A stretch of DNA of 64,000 nt from positions 106,817 through 170,816 of the forward strand of contig CAVQXJ010000025.1 of NCBI GenBank assembly GCA_963717745.1. The letters are read 5' to 3'. Positions 12,052 through 21,514 of this stretch are shown piece by piece (positions within the stretch are counted from its first letter, which is position 1; each line of letters starts with the position of its first letter). A program made the position numbers and the translations under genes. Below the pieces are notes generated by a model. It ran no database searches, was not told the DNA's origin, and saw only the letters and a program-made list of their open reading frames with translations. Source of the stretch: an uncultured Acidobacteriota bacterium. Its GTDB lineage: Bacteria; Acidobacteriota; Vicinamibacteria; Vicinamibacterales; 2-12-FULL-66-21.

Positions 12052-12161
12052 GGTTGCCAGTTGCCAGTTGCCAGTCAGCCAGTCACAAATTGCCGGTTGC
12101 CACGAAGGCTGCAACTGGAAACGGGAAAACGGCAAACTGGAAACTGTGAACTGGGAACTGG
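12052..12161. repeat. family-C armed hairpin element, copy C1 (GTTGCCA units)
   Basis: Left arm GGTTGCCAGTTGCCAGTTGCCAGTCAGCCAGTCAC...GGTTGC. Right arm GCAACTGGAAACGGGAAAACGGCAAACTGGAAACTGTGAACTGGGAACTGG. It lies between the kinase stop (12030) and the regulator ATG (12181). Confidence 0.75.
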
Positions 12162-12180
12162 TCTCCACAAGCCTGAACAG

Positions 12181-13564
<1,384 letters not shown>

Positions 13565-13572
13565 CCCGTCTA

Positions 13573-13590
13573 TTGGATTCGCGAATCCAA
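13573..13590. repeat. 18-bp perfect palindrome TTGGATTCGCGAATCCAA (shares the CGCGAATCC core with family E)
   Basis: Read directly; the sequence is its own reverse complement. It lies 9 nt after the regulator stop codon. Confidence 0.6.
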
Positions 13591-13769
13591 CCCGCCGAAT
13601 CATCCTCCCGCCGGCGCTTCTGGCCGTTCGACCGAACTGGTTCCCACTCAAGGACTTCCGAACGCGAACTGACGGTGCACCTGGCGGCGTGAATCCTGCA
13701 GTGACGAAGGACAGGTTTGATGGTTTTCGCGTGCGAGACTAGCGCTCCACGCACCCGCCGTGCGTGCCT

Positions 13770-13804
13770 GGGGGACCGAAGAAATGTTTGGTCCCCCTTT
13801 TTTT
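13770..13804 (+). terminator. rho-independent terminator
   Basis: GGGGGACC-gaagaaatgttt-GGTCCCCC followed by TTTTTTT. It lies ~205 nt after the regulator stop and 6 nt from the ftcD stop. Confidence 0.8.
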
Positions 13805-13809
13805 ACGTG

Positions 13810-14718
13810 CTACGTGCTGCTCGTCGTCTCGCTCAGCTTGTTCTCGAGAATCTGCGCGGGGCCGAAGCGTTCGAGCTGCAGGTAGTGCTCGGCCGCGCCG
13901 ACCAGCGCCGCGGCCGGGATCAGGCCGATGACTTCGCTCTCGAGCACGGCGACGCCGTGGCGCGCCGCCTCGCGGGCCACCATGTCGAAAACCCGATGGA
14001 TGGGTGTCTTCTGATAGTTCGTGAGGTTGATCGACACCTGCGCGATCCGCCGATCCTCGAGCATGACGCCCATCGCCTTCACATAGCGGAGTCCGCCGCT
14101 GCTGTGCCGGATCGCCGCCGCGATCCGGCGCGCCACCTCGAGGCGATCGGTGTTGAGGTTGATGTTGTAGGCGATGAGCGGCATCCGCGCGCCGATCACG
14201 CTCGCGCCCGCGGTTTCGTGCGGCGCCGCCGGCCCGTAGTCGGGCGACCATCCCGGCGACGCCATCTTCAGCGGCAGCCCCTCGAACTCACCGCGCCGGA
14301 TGTCTTCCAGGTTCTTGCGCATCGGGTTGTCCGATGCTTCTTCGTAGAGGAACACCGGTATCCCGAATCGTGCGGCGACGGCGCCGGCCACCTCGCGCGC
14401 GAGCGTGACGCAGTCGGCCATCGTGACCCCTTCGATCGGCACGAACGGGACGACGTCGACGGCTCCGACCCGCGGGTGCTCGCCGCGGTGGCTCCGCAGG
14501 TCGATCAACGGAACGGCGGCGTCATACAGCGCGAGGATCGCCTGCTTCAGCGCCGGGCCGTCGCCAGTCATCGTCAGCACCGAGCGGTTGTGCGAGGCAT
14601 CCGAGGAGTAGTCGAGCACTCTGACGCCGGGCGTGGCGCGCACCGCCGCGACCAGCCGCTCGACGACGTCGGGACGGCGTCCTTCGCTGATGTTGGGGAT
14701 GGTTTCGATGATTGGCAT
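13810..14718 (-). CDS. ftcD: glutamate formimidoyltransferase
   Basis: MPIIETIPNISEGRRPDVVERLV...HNRSVLT...HPRVGAVDVVPFVP... matches the formiminotransferase N/C subdomain pattern. Confidence 0.85.
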   Translation of the reverse strand: MPIIETIPNISEGRRPDVVERLVAAVRATPGVRVLDYSSDASHNRSVLTMTGDGPALKQAILALYDAAVPLIDLRSHRGEHPRVGAVDVVPFVPIEGVTMADCVTLAREVAGAVAARFGIPVFLYEEASDNPMRKNLEDIRRGEFEGLPLKMASPGWSPDYGPAAPHETAGASVIGARMPLIAYNINLNTDRLEVARRIAAAIRHSSGGLRYVKAMGVMLEDRRIAQVSINLTNYQKTPIHRVFDMVAREAARHGVAVLESEVIGLIPAAALVGAAEHYLQLERFGPAQILENKLSETTSST

Positions 14719-14798
14719 GGGCTCCTTCTATCACGGCCGAAGCGCGCGAGGCCGCGCTATAATTCGCGGAACTTGCCGACCGCGACCCGACTATCCGC

Positions 14799-15641
14799 AT
14801 GACCGACGCGCTCCGCTCCGATCGGCCCCCGACTTCGGATCTCTCCGATCGTGATCGCGACACCAGAATCGAAGAGCTGCTGCTGGCCGGCCTCGACCAC
14901 TACTTCGCGGGCCGGCACGATCTGGCGATCAACGTCTGGACCCGCGTGCTGTTTCTCGATCGTACGCACGGGAAAGCGCGCGCCTACATCGAGCGCGCTC
15001 GCGGCGCGCTCGCGGAGCGGCAGCGCGAAGCGGAAGAGCTCCTGCAGACCGGCGCCGATGCCCTGACGCGCGGCGACCGGGCGACCGCTCGTCAACTGCT
15101 CACGTCGGCTGCGCGCGCCGGGGGCGGCGAGGAAGCGCTGGCGCTGCTGCATCGGCTCGAACGGCTCGAAGCCGCGGTGCCGGCGGTGGCGCGGGCGCGG
15201 CACATCTCGCCGGCCCGCCCGCATCGGCGAGACGAGTCCGACGGTGTCGGCGGCCGTGAGGCGCGGCTGGCATGGATCATCACGGGCCTGGCCACCGGCA
15301 TCCTGCTGGCCGCGCTCGCGGGCGGCTATTTCTGGCTCGCCGAGGATCCGTTCGAGTTGACGGTCGCGCGGACCAGCGCGCCGGCGCTCGCCGAAACGCC
15401 GCTGCCGGTCCCGCCCGCCTGCGAGATCCGGCTGGCCAGGGCGCGGCTGTTCGTGCAGCACGGCAAGCTTCACGACGCGCAGGCGCTGCTCGAAGCCGGC
15501 GACCCCGATGCCTTGCACGGTGCCGCGTTCGACGAGCTCCGGGCGACAATCCAACGGCAGTTGATTGCTGACGGGCGCAGGCGCGCCGGATTCTCCACGC
15601 CGGCCGCCGACCCGCCCTCCGCCCGGGGCGGTCCCAGATAA
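14799..15641 (+). CDS. hypothetical TPR-like protein with one central TM helix
   Basis: 280-aa ORF. It has helical-repeat-like text (IEELLLAGLDHYFAGRHDLAINVWTRVLFLDRTHGKARAYIERA) and a TM segment AWIITGLATGILLAALAGGYFWL. Its stop overlaps the next ATG (TAATG). Confidence 0.5.
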   Translation: MTDALRSDRPPTSDLSDRDRDTRIEELLLAGLDHYFAGRHDLAINVWTRVLFLDRTHGKARAYIERARGALAERQREAEELLQTGADALTRGDRATARQLLTSAARAGGGEEALALLHRLERLEAAVPAVARARHISPARPHRRDESDGVGGREARLAWIITGLATGILLAALAGGYFWLAEDPFELTVARTSAPALAETPLPVPPACEIRLARARLFVQHGKLHDAQALLEAGDPDALHGAAFDELRATIQRQLIADGRRRAGFSTPAADPPSARGGPR

Positions 15642-16526
15642 TGCGGTGCCCGAAGTGTCAATACATCACGTTCGACAGCGACGATCGTTGCCGCAACTGC
15701 GGCTATGAGTTCTCTCTCTCCTCCCCGGCGCCAGACGAGCCCGTCGACGTTCGCATCGCCCGTGACGAGCCCGAGTCGGTGCGCCGCGGCGCCGACGCGT
15801 TCAGTGCGCTCGACACGCCGCTGACCGGAGCATCCGCGGCACCGGATCGCGCCGCCCACGGCCACGGAGCACGCCGCGGGATGACGCCTGCCGATCTGCC
15901 GTTGTTCATCGAGAGCGTGGCGGACGACCAGGCGCCGCTGGTCGCGCCGAACGCGGTGCCGCGCGCGCCGCTGGCCGTCCGAAAGGCGCCGCCGATCCGG
16001 CCTCGACCGCGCGGCCCCGCTCCCGACGAATTGCCGCTCGGGCTGCCGGACGCCGCCGATACCTTCAAACAAGCGGAGGCGCCCGCGGACGCCGCGCCGG
16101 CCAGCGACCACTCCGGCGTGGCCCGCCGGCTCGGCGCCGGGGTCATCGATGTCACCATTCTGGGCAGCATTGCCGCCGGCGTGGTGCTGCTGACGCTACG
16201 GGTGTCGGAGCTCACCGTGGAGCAGTGGCGGGTACTGCCGCTCGCGCCGATGCTGGCGTTCCTGCTGCTGCTGTGTGGCGGCTACTTCGTGCTCTTCACC
16301 GCGGCCGGAGGGCAGACGATTGGCAAGATGGCGACCGGGATCAGAGTCGTCAATGCCGCGGACAACCAGCCGGCCCGGGTTCCGTTCCGGGCGGCCGTCG
16401 TTCGAACCGTGAGCTGCCTCGGTTCGGTGCTGGCCGCTGGGCACCGGCTTTCTCCCCGTCCTCTTCAGCGGCGACGGTCGTGCGTTCCACGATCGCGTGG
16501 CCGAGACTCGCGTCGTCGCCCGGTGA
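15641..16526 (+). pseudogene. zinc-ribbon + RDD-family membrane protein, one extra base near 16433-16437
   Basis: MRCPKCQYITFDSDDRCRNCGYEF...RRLGAGVIDVTILGSIA...GGQTIGKMATGIRVV...SVLAA is followed in the next frame by LGTGFLPVLFSGDGRAFHDRVAETRVVAR* (TGA 16524-16526). The ORF track fuses this gene to pgpA because the shifted frame stays open. Confidence 0.7.
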
Positions 16527-16996
16527 CGCGCGTCGCCGTCTTCATCGCGACCGTCGGCTACTGCGGATATTCTCCGATCGCACCAGGGACGGTCGGTTCC
16601 GCGGCCGGTCTGCTGTTCTACCTGATCGTCTGGTGGGCGCAGTCGCCGCTGGTCGAGATCCTGCTCATCCTGCTGCTCTTTGGCGTCGGCGTCTGGGCCG
16701 GGACCACGTCGGAGCGCTATTTTGGCGGCATCGATCCCGGGCCGATCGTGGTGGACGAGGTGGTGGGCATGCTCATCACTCTCGCCCTCATCCCCGTCAG
16801 CCTCTCCGGCGCGTTGATCGGATTTCTCTTGTTCCGCCTGTTCGACGTGATCAAGCCGTTCCCCGCGGGGCGGTTCGAGAAGCTGCATGGCGGCCTCGGC
16901 GTGATGGCCGACGATGCGATGGCGGCGGTGTACGCGAACATCGCGCTGCGGGTCATCGGTTATCTGCGGCCCGAGTGGGTAGTGTCTTTTTCATGA
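16523..16996 (+). CDS. pgpA: phosphatidylglycerophosphatase A
   Basis: GTG 16523 overlaps the RDD stop (GTGA). Reads VTRVAVFIATVGYCGYSPIAPGTVGSAAG...GGIDPGPIVVDEVVGM...FRLFDVIKPFP...GGLGVMADD. Confidence 0.85.
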   Translation: MTRVAVFIATVGYCGYSPIAPGTVGSAAGLLFYLIVWWAQSPLVEILLILLLFGVGVWAGTTSERYFGGIDPGPIVVDEVVGMLITLALIPVSLSGALIGFLLFRLFDVIKPFPAGRFEKLHGGLGVMADDAMAAVYANIALRVIGYLRPEWVVSFS

Positions 16997-17003
16997 GTGT
17001 CTT

Positions 17004-17164
17004 GTCAAATCCCAAATCCCAAGCTCCAAGCTCCAACCACTCCCAAACGCCAAATCCCAAAGTTGTTGGAATTCGGGAGGTTGGGAGTTTGGAGTTGGAA
17101 GTTAGCTTTGGGAGTTGGGATTTGGGAGTGGTTGGGATTTGGAGCTTGGGATTTGGGATTTGAC
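17004..17164. repeat. family-A armed hairpin element, copy A2
   Basis: The left end GTCAAATCCCAAATCCCAAGCTCCAAGCTCCAACCACTCCCAAACGCCAAATCCCAAAG pairs almost perfectly with the right end CTTTGGGAGTTGGGATTTGGGAGTGGTTGGGATTTGGAGCTTGGGATTTGGGATTTGAC. It starts 8 nt after the pgpA stop. Confidence 0.8.
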
Positions 17165-18431
17165 GACGCCACATAATCTGCGCACCGTCGAAGTCATCGC
17201 AGTCGGTTCCGAACTCCTCGGATCCACTCGCCTCGACACCAACTCGCTCTACATCGCGGAACGGCTGCCGGCCATCGGCATCGAACTGCGCGCGAAAGCA
17301 GTGGTCGGCGACGATCGGGGGGCGATCGCCGACCTGGTGCGGCAGGCGCTGGCGCGAGTGGACCTGGTCGTGGTGACCGGCGGCCTCGGTCCAACCGACG
17401 ACGACCTGACCCGCGATGCGATCGCCGCCGTCGTCGGGCGGCCCTTGATCGAGCAGCGGGAGCTGGTCGAGCACATCGCGGCGCGGTTCGCGCGGCGCGG
17501 TCTTCAGATGCCCGACATGAATCGCCGTCAGGCGCAGGTGATCGAGGGGGCGACGGTGCTCGCGAACCCCAACGGGACGGCGCCGGGGCAGTACATCGAG
17601 CACGGCGAGCAGGTCATCGTGCTGTTGCCGGGACCGCCCCGCGAGCTGCAGCCGATGCTGAACGCACTCTGTGAAGGCGCGCTTGGCGCGCGCGCCGCCG
17701 GCGATCGGGTGTACCGGACCAGCCTGTTCGTCACCGGCCGTGGAGAGTCGCACGTCGAAGAGCTCGCCCAGCCGCTCTATTCGGTCTGGCGATCCGAGGC
17801 CGAACCGATCGAGACCACGATTCTCGCCACACCGGGCCAGATCGAATTGCACCTGTCGCTGCGCTCGTCAGATCCCGGCGCCGCGGAACGGCGGTTGCGC
17901 GACGCCTCGGCCGCGCTGATCAACGCCCTTGGCGCCGATGTCTTCAGCACCGACGGGCGGGGCATGGAGGAACTGGTCGGTGCGATGCTGCGCGAGCGTC
18001 GCTTGACCATCGCGGCGGCTGAATCGTGCACCGGCGGCCTGCTGATCTCACGGCTGACCGACGTCGCCGGCAGCTCGGAGTACGTCGCCGGAGGGCTCAT
18101 CCTCTACAGCAACGCGCTCAAGACGGACGTCGGACTGGTGCCGGCGGCGCTGATTGAGGCGCACGGCGCGGTCAGCGAGCCGGTGGCCGCGGCGATGGCC
18201 GAGGGAGTCCGCGAGCGCACCGGCGCGGACGTGTGCGTGGGGATCACCGGCATCGCCGGGCCCGGCGGCGGCACGCCCCAGAAGCCGGTCGGCACGGCGG
18301 CGATCGCCGTGCTGGCGCCGGGCGGTCCGGTTCGCGTCCGCACGTTCTCGCTGTTCGGCGGCCGGACGCAGGTCAAGTTCAACGCCACTCAGGCCGCGCT
18401 CGACATGGTGCGTCGCGCGCTCGGAGGCTGA
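17160..18431 (+). CDS. cinA: CinA-family competence/damage-inducible protein (MoCF-binding + PncC-like NMN amidohydrolase domains)
   Basis: ...RTVEVIAVGSELLGSTRLDTNSLYIAERL...VVVTGGLGPTDDDLT...TIAAAESCTGGLL...GITGIAGPGGG. The start is uncertain. The only in-frame canonical start near the conserved N-terminus is TTG 17160, which lies inside the A2 terminus. Confidence 0.8.
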   Translation: MTTPHNLRTVEVIAVGSELLGSTRLDTNSLYIAERLPAIGIELRAKAVVGDDRGAIADLVRQALARVDLVVVTGGLGPTDDDLTRDAIAAVVGRPLIEQRELVEHIAARFARRGLQMPDMNRRQAQVIEGATVLANPNGTAPGQYIEHGEQVIVLLPGPPRELQPMLNALCEGALGARAAGDRVYRTSLFVTGRGESHVEELAQPLYSVWRSEAEPIETTILATPGQIELHLSLRSSDPGAAERRLRDASAALINALGADVFSTDGRGMEELVGAMLRERRLTIAAAESCTGGLLISRLTDVAGSSEYVAGGLILYSNALKTDVGLVPAALIEAHGAVSEPVAAAMAEGVRERTGADVCVGITGIAGPGGGTPQKPVGTAAIAVLAPGGPVRVRTFSLFGGRTQVKFNATQAALDMVRRALGG

Positions 18432-18478
18432 GCGCTGGCGGACACCGGAAGATCGTTCGCGGCTGGGTTCGCGGTCAC

Positions 18479-18724
18479 GGCCGCCTGCGGCGGCACGACG
18501 ACACGACGAGACGACGAGACGACGTAAATACCAGGCCACGACGGAACGTCCGGGCATTTCCCAAGAGCCCCTCGTCTGCCGGCAGCCGGACACGTATCAA
18601 GGGCTCTCCCCGTTGGCGCCGACGCCAACGGGCAGCGTCCGTCGACGTGACTCACAAAGGTTTTCGTCGTGTCGTCGTGTCGTCGTCTCGTCCTGGCGCG
18701 AGGCGCCAGCCCGCCGCAGGCGCC
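18479..18724. repeat. family-D armed, nested hairpin structure (ACGACGA(C/G) units)
   Basis: Outer stem: GGCCGCCTGCGGCGG / CCGCCGCAGGCGCC. Arms: ACGACGACACGACGAGACGACGAGACGACG / CGTCGTGTCGTCGTGTCGTCGTCTCGTCC. Inner perfect hairpins: CCGTTGGCG-ccga-CGCCAACGG and CTGGCGC-gag-GCGCCAG. It lies between cinA and plsY. Confidence 0.7.
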
Positions 18725-18792
18725 GTGGACACGAAGGCAGCGCGACAGGCACGGCCGGTCTCTGAGCCGCTGCTGCGAGTACCATTGACCTG

Positions 18793-19371
18793 ATGTGGCC
18801 CGTCCTGCTCGGTTATCTCGCCGGATCGGTGCCGTTCGCGTTCCTGCTGGCGCGCCGCGCCGGGATTGACGTGCGGGTCGCCGGCAGCGGCAACGTCGGG
18901 GCCGCCAACGTCCTCCGAACAGCCGGCACCTGGCGCGGCGTGATCGTGATGGCGCTCGACGTCGCGAAGGGATCGCTGGCGGTGGTGCTGGCCTCCGTCA
19001 CGCACGCGGGAGTGACCCTCACGGCGGTCGCGGCGGCGGCGGCGGTCGTCGGCCACATCTATCCGGTCTGGCTGCGGTTCCACGGCGGCAAAGGGGTCGC
19101 GGTCGCGGCGGGCGTGTTCGCGGTCCTGACCCCGTTGGCGACCGGCGTGGCCTTCTCGCTGTTTCTGGTCATCGTGTGGATCACCCGGTATGTGTCGCTC
19201 GGCTCGATCGCCGCGACGCTGGCGCTGCCGCCGGCGGCGTGGCTGACCGGGGAGCCCGCGGCGGTGGTGAGCGCGGCGGCGGGTACCGGCGCGCTGATCC
19301 TGTTCCGCCACCGCGGGAACATCCGGCGCCTGCGGGCCGGCACCGAGCGTCGCGTGGGCGCGCGCGCATGA
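18793..19371 (+). CDS. plsY: glycerol-3-phosphate acyltransferase PlsY
   Basis: LGYLAGSVPFAFLLAR...GSGNVGAANVLRT...HIYPVWLRFHGGKGVA. Confidence 0.9.
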   Translation: MWPVLLGYLAGSVPFAFLLARRAGIDVRVAGSGNVGAANVLRTAGTWRGVIVMALDVAKGSLAVVLASVTHAGVTLTAVAAAAAVVGHIYPVWLRFHGGKGVAVAAGVFAVLTPLATGVAFSLFLVIVWITRYVSLGSIAATLALPPAAWLTGEPAAVVSAAAGTGALILFRHRGNIRRLRAGTERRVGARA

Positions 19372-20408
19372 GTGAGGCGATAGGCGCGCTCATGCCCGAG
19401 CGCGATTCGGGAACGTCGAGCGTCGCGGTGCTGGGGGCCGGCAGTTGGGGCACCGCCCTGGCAATTCACCTGGCTCGAACCGGCCACGAGGTCCGCCTGT
19501 GGGCCAGGGACCCCGGCGTCGTCGTCGAGATCGAACGGACCCGCCGCAACTCCCGGTATCTGCCGGAACTGGTCATTCCTGATCTGGTTGCACCGACCTG
19601 CGACATGCGGGGCGCGCTCGGTGGCGCGTCGCATGTGGTGTTCGCGCTGCCCTCGCACGTGCTCCGTACGATCGCCCGCGAGGCGGTTCGCTCGCTCGAA
19701 TCGACGGCGGTGGTGATCAGCGCGGCGAAAGGGCTCGAATCCGGGTCGCTGGCGCGGATGTCGCAGATTCTGCGCGAGGAAACCGCGGACACGCGGCCGG
19801 TGGTCGTGCTGTCGGGTCCCAGCTTTGCGCTCGAAGTCGCGCGCGGGCTGCCGACCGCCGTCCTCGCCGCCTCGGCCGACGCCGGCGCCGCCGAAGCCGT
19901 GCAGCATGAATTCCGCGGCCCGGCTTTCCGGCTCTACGCGAGCGACGACGTGATCGGCGTCGAGATTGGCGGCGCGCTGAAGAACGTGATTGCGATTGCC
20001 GCCGGCGTCGTCGAGGGCACCGGACTTGGCTACAACGCGATGGCGGCGCTGATCACGCGGGGTCTCGTGGAGATCTCACGTCTCGCGACGGCAGAGGGCG
20101 GACGCCGTGAGACATTGGCGGGCCTGAGCGGCCTCGGGGATCTGGTGCTGACGTGCACCGGCGATCTGAGCCGCAATCGCCGCGTCGGCGTCGAGCTCGG
20201 TCGCGGCGGCGCAGTCCAGGACGTGCTGGCCGGCATGCACATGGTCGCGGAAGGCGTGCGGACGACCGGCGCCGCGCTCGCGCTCGGCGAACGCCATGGC
20301 ATCGAGCTTCCGATCACGGCGCAGATGGCGGCGGTGCTCGATGGCCGCCGCACGCCGCGCGAGGCGGTCGAGGCGCTGATGGTCCGGCCGCAGCGGCAGG
20401 AGGCCTGA
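19368..20408 (+). CDS. gpsA: NAD(P)H-dependent glycerol-3-phosphate dehydrogenase
   Basis: ATG 19368 overlaps the plsY stop (ATGA). Reads VAVLGAGSWGTALA...RNSRYLP...GPSFALEVA...GGALKNVIAIAAG...GLGDLVLTCTG..SRNRRVG. Confidence 0.9.
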   Translation: MSEAIGALMPERDSGTSSVAVLGAGSWGTALAIHLARTGHEVRLWARDPGVVVEIERTRRNSRYLPELVIPDLVAPTCDMRGALGGASHVVFALPSHVLRTIAREAVRSLESTAVVISAAKGLESGSLARMSQILREETADTRPVVVLSGPSFALEVARGLPTAVLAASADAGAAEAVQHEFRGPAFRLYASDDVIGVEIGGALKNVIAIAAGVVEGTGLGYNAMAALITRGLVEISRLATAEGGRRETLAGLSGLGDLVLTCTGDLSRNRRVGVELGRGGAVQDVLAGMHMVAEGVRTTGAALALGERHGIELPITAQMAAVLDGRRTPREAVEALMVRPQRQEA

Positions 20409-20410
20409 CC

Positions 20411-20551
20411 ATTGCCAAGAATGCCAAGATTGCCAAAATTGCCAAAATTTTGGGGGAGTTCGGTCAACTAGCCATGATGGTCGGCTCTAGCCAGGACCGG
20501 CGCATTGCCCCCCAATTTTGGCATTCTGGCATTCTTGGCACTTTTGGCAAT
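20411..20551. repeat. family-B armed hairpin element, copy B2
   Basis: ATTGCCAAGAATGCCAAGATTGCCAAAATTGCCAAAATTTTGGGGG...CCCCCCAATTTTGGCATTCTGGCATTCTTGGCACTTTTGGCAAT. It starts 3 nt after the gpsA stop and ends 15 nt before the ftsY ATG. Confidence 0.85.
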
Positions 20552-20566
20552 AGACAGGATTCACCC

Positions 20567-21490
20567 ATGGGATTTTTCGACAAGATCAAGCAGTCGCTGA
20601 CGCGGACGAAGGAACAGTTCGTCGGACGGTTCGACGAAGCGGCGCGGCGCGCCGACGATCCGGACGCGCGGCTGCGGCCGATCGACGTGGACACCGTTGA
20701 GGCGCTCGAAGAAGCGCTGATTTCCGCCGACGTGGGCGTGGCGGCCACGAACCGGATCGTCGAGGCGGTCCGCAGCCGCAAGTCGCGCGGGGAATCGCTG
20801 CGCGCGCTGGTCAAGGCGGAGATTCTCGAGATCCTGCGCGGCGTCGAGAGCGCGACGCCGAACGGGCACCTCCCGCACGTGGTCCTGGTCGTCGGCGTGA
20901 ATGGCACCGGCAAGACGACCACGGTCGGCAAGCTGGCGCGTCTGATCCGCGATTCCGGCAAAGCGCCGCTGATTTGCGCGGCGGATACGTTTCGCGCGGC
21001 CGCGGTCGAGCAGTTGGAAGTGTGGGCGACGCGGGCAGGCGTCGACATCATCCGTGCGCGCGCCGGCGCCGACCCGGCGGCGGTCGTATTCGATGCCATT
21101 GCGGCCGGGAAGGCGCGCCACCGGGATGTGGTCATCGTCGATACCGCCGGACGGCTGCACACCCGCGTGAATCTCATGACCGAGCTCGACAAGATCCGGC
21201 GGATCGCCGCACGGGAAGTCGACGGGGCGCCGCACGAAGTGCTGCTGGTGCTCGATGCGACCGTCGGCCAGAACGGGCTCGTTCAGGCGAAGGAGTTCAT
21301 GGCGGTCGCCGGCGTCAACGGCATCATCCTCACCAAGCTCGATGGGACCGCGAAGGGAGGGATCGCGGTCGCGATCGCCAACGATCTCAAGCTGCCGATC
21401 CGATACGTGGGAGTCGGGGAGGGCATCGACGATCTCGTCCCGTTCGCGCCGGAGGAGTACGTGGACGCGCTGTTCGAGGAGAAATGGTAA
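20567..21490 (+). CDS. ftsY: signal recognition particle receptor FtsY
   Basis: Internal ATG 20567 of ORF 20153..21490. Reads MGFFDKIKQSLTRTKEQF...VVGVNGTGKTTTVGKLA...DTFRAAA..QL..W...IVDTAGRL...TKLDGTAKGG. Confidence 0.95.
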   Translation: MGFFDKIKQSLTRTKEQFVGRFDEAARRADDPDARLRPIDVDTVEALEEALISADVGVAATNRIVEAVRSRKSRGESLRALVKAEILEILRGVESATPNGHLPHVVLVVGVNGTGKTTTVGKLARLIRDSGKAPLICAADTFRAAAVEQLEVWATRAGVDIIRARAGADPAAVVFDAIAAGKARHRDVVIVDTAGRLHTRVNLMTELDKIRRIAAREVDGAPHEVLLVLDATVGQNGLVQAKEFMAVAGVNGIILTKLDGTAKGGIAVAIANDLKLPIRYVGVGEGIDDLVPFAPEEYVDALFEEKW

Positions 21491-21514
21491 GCCAGGATCG
21501 GCGTTGGTAGAGGG

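Noticed and set aside
15641-16996. 451-aa apparent fusion of a zinc-ribbon/RDD protein with PgpA.
   Set aside because: The RDD C-terminus (LGTGFLPVLFSGDGRAFHDRVAETRVVAR*) is readable one frame over and ends at 16526, where a GTG for pgpA overlaps it. The fusion is an artefact of the frame break near 16435.
20505-20551. Right arms of family B (for example TGGCACTTTTGGCAAT) as sigma54 -24/-12 promoters. This was tempting because a sigma54-dependent activator is encoded in the window.
   Set aside because: In the consensus TGGCAC-N5-TTGC the GG and GC dinucleotides are 12 nt apart. The 9-bp unit periodicity here puts them 10 nt apart, and the -12 element reads TGGCA rather than TTGCA. The same motifs also occur on both strands of every copy regardless of downstream gene.
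21491-21514. FMN riboswitch upstream of ribD, and TPP riboswitch upstream of thiE.
   Set aside because: The upstream gaps are only 24 nt (ribD) and overlapping coding sequence (thiE), which is far too short for either aptamer.
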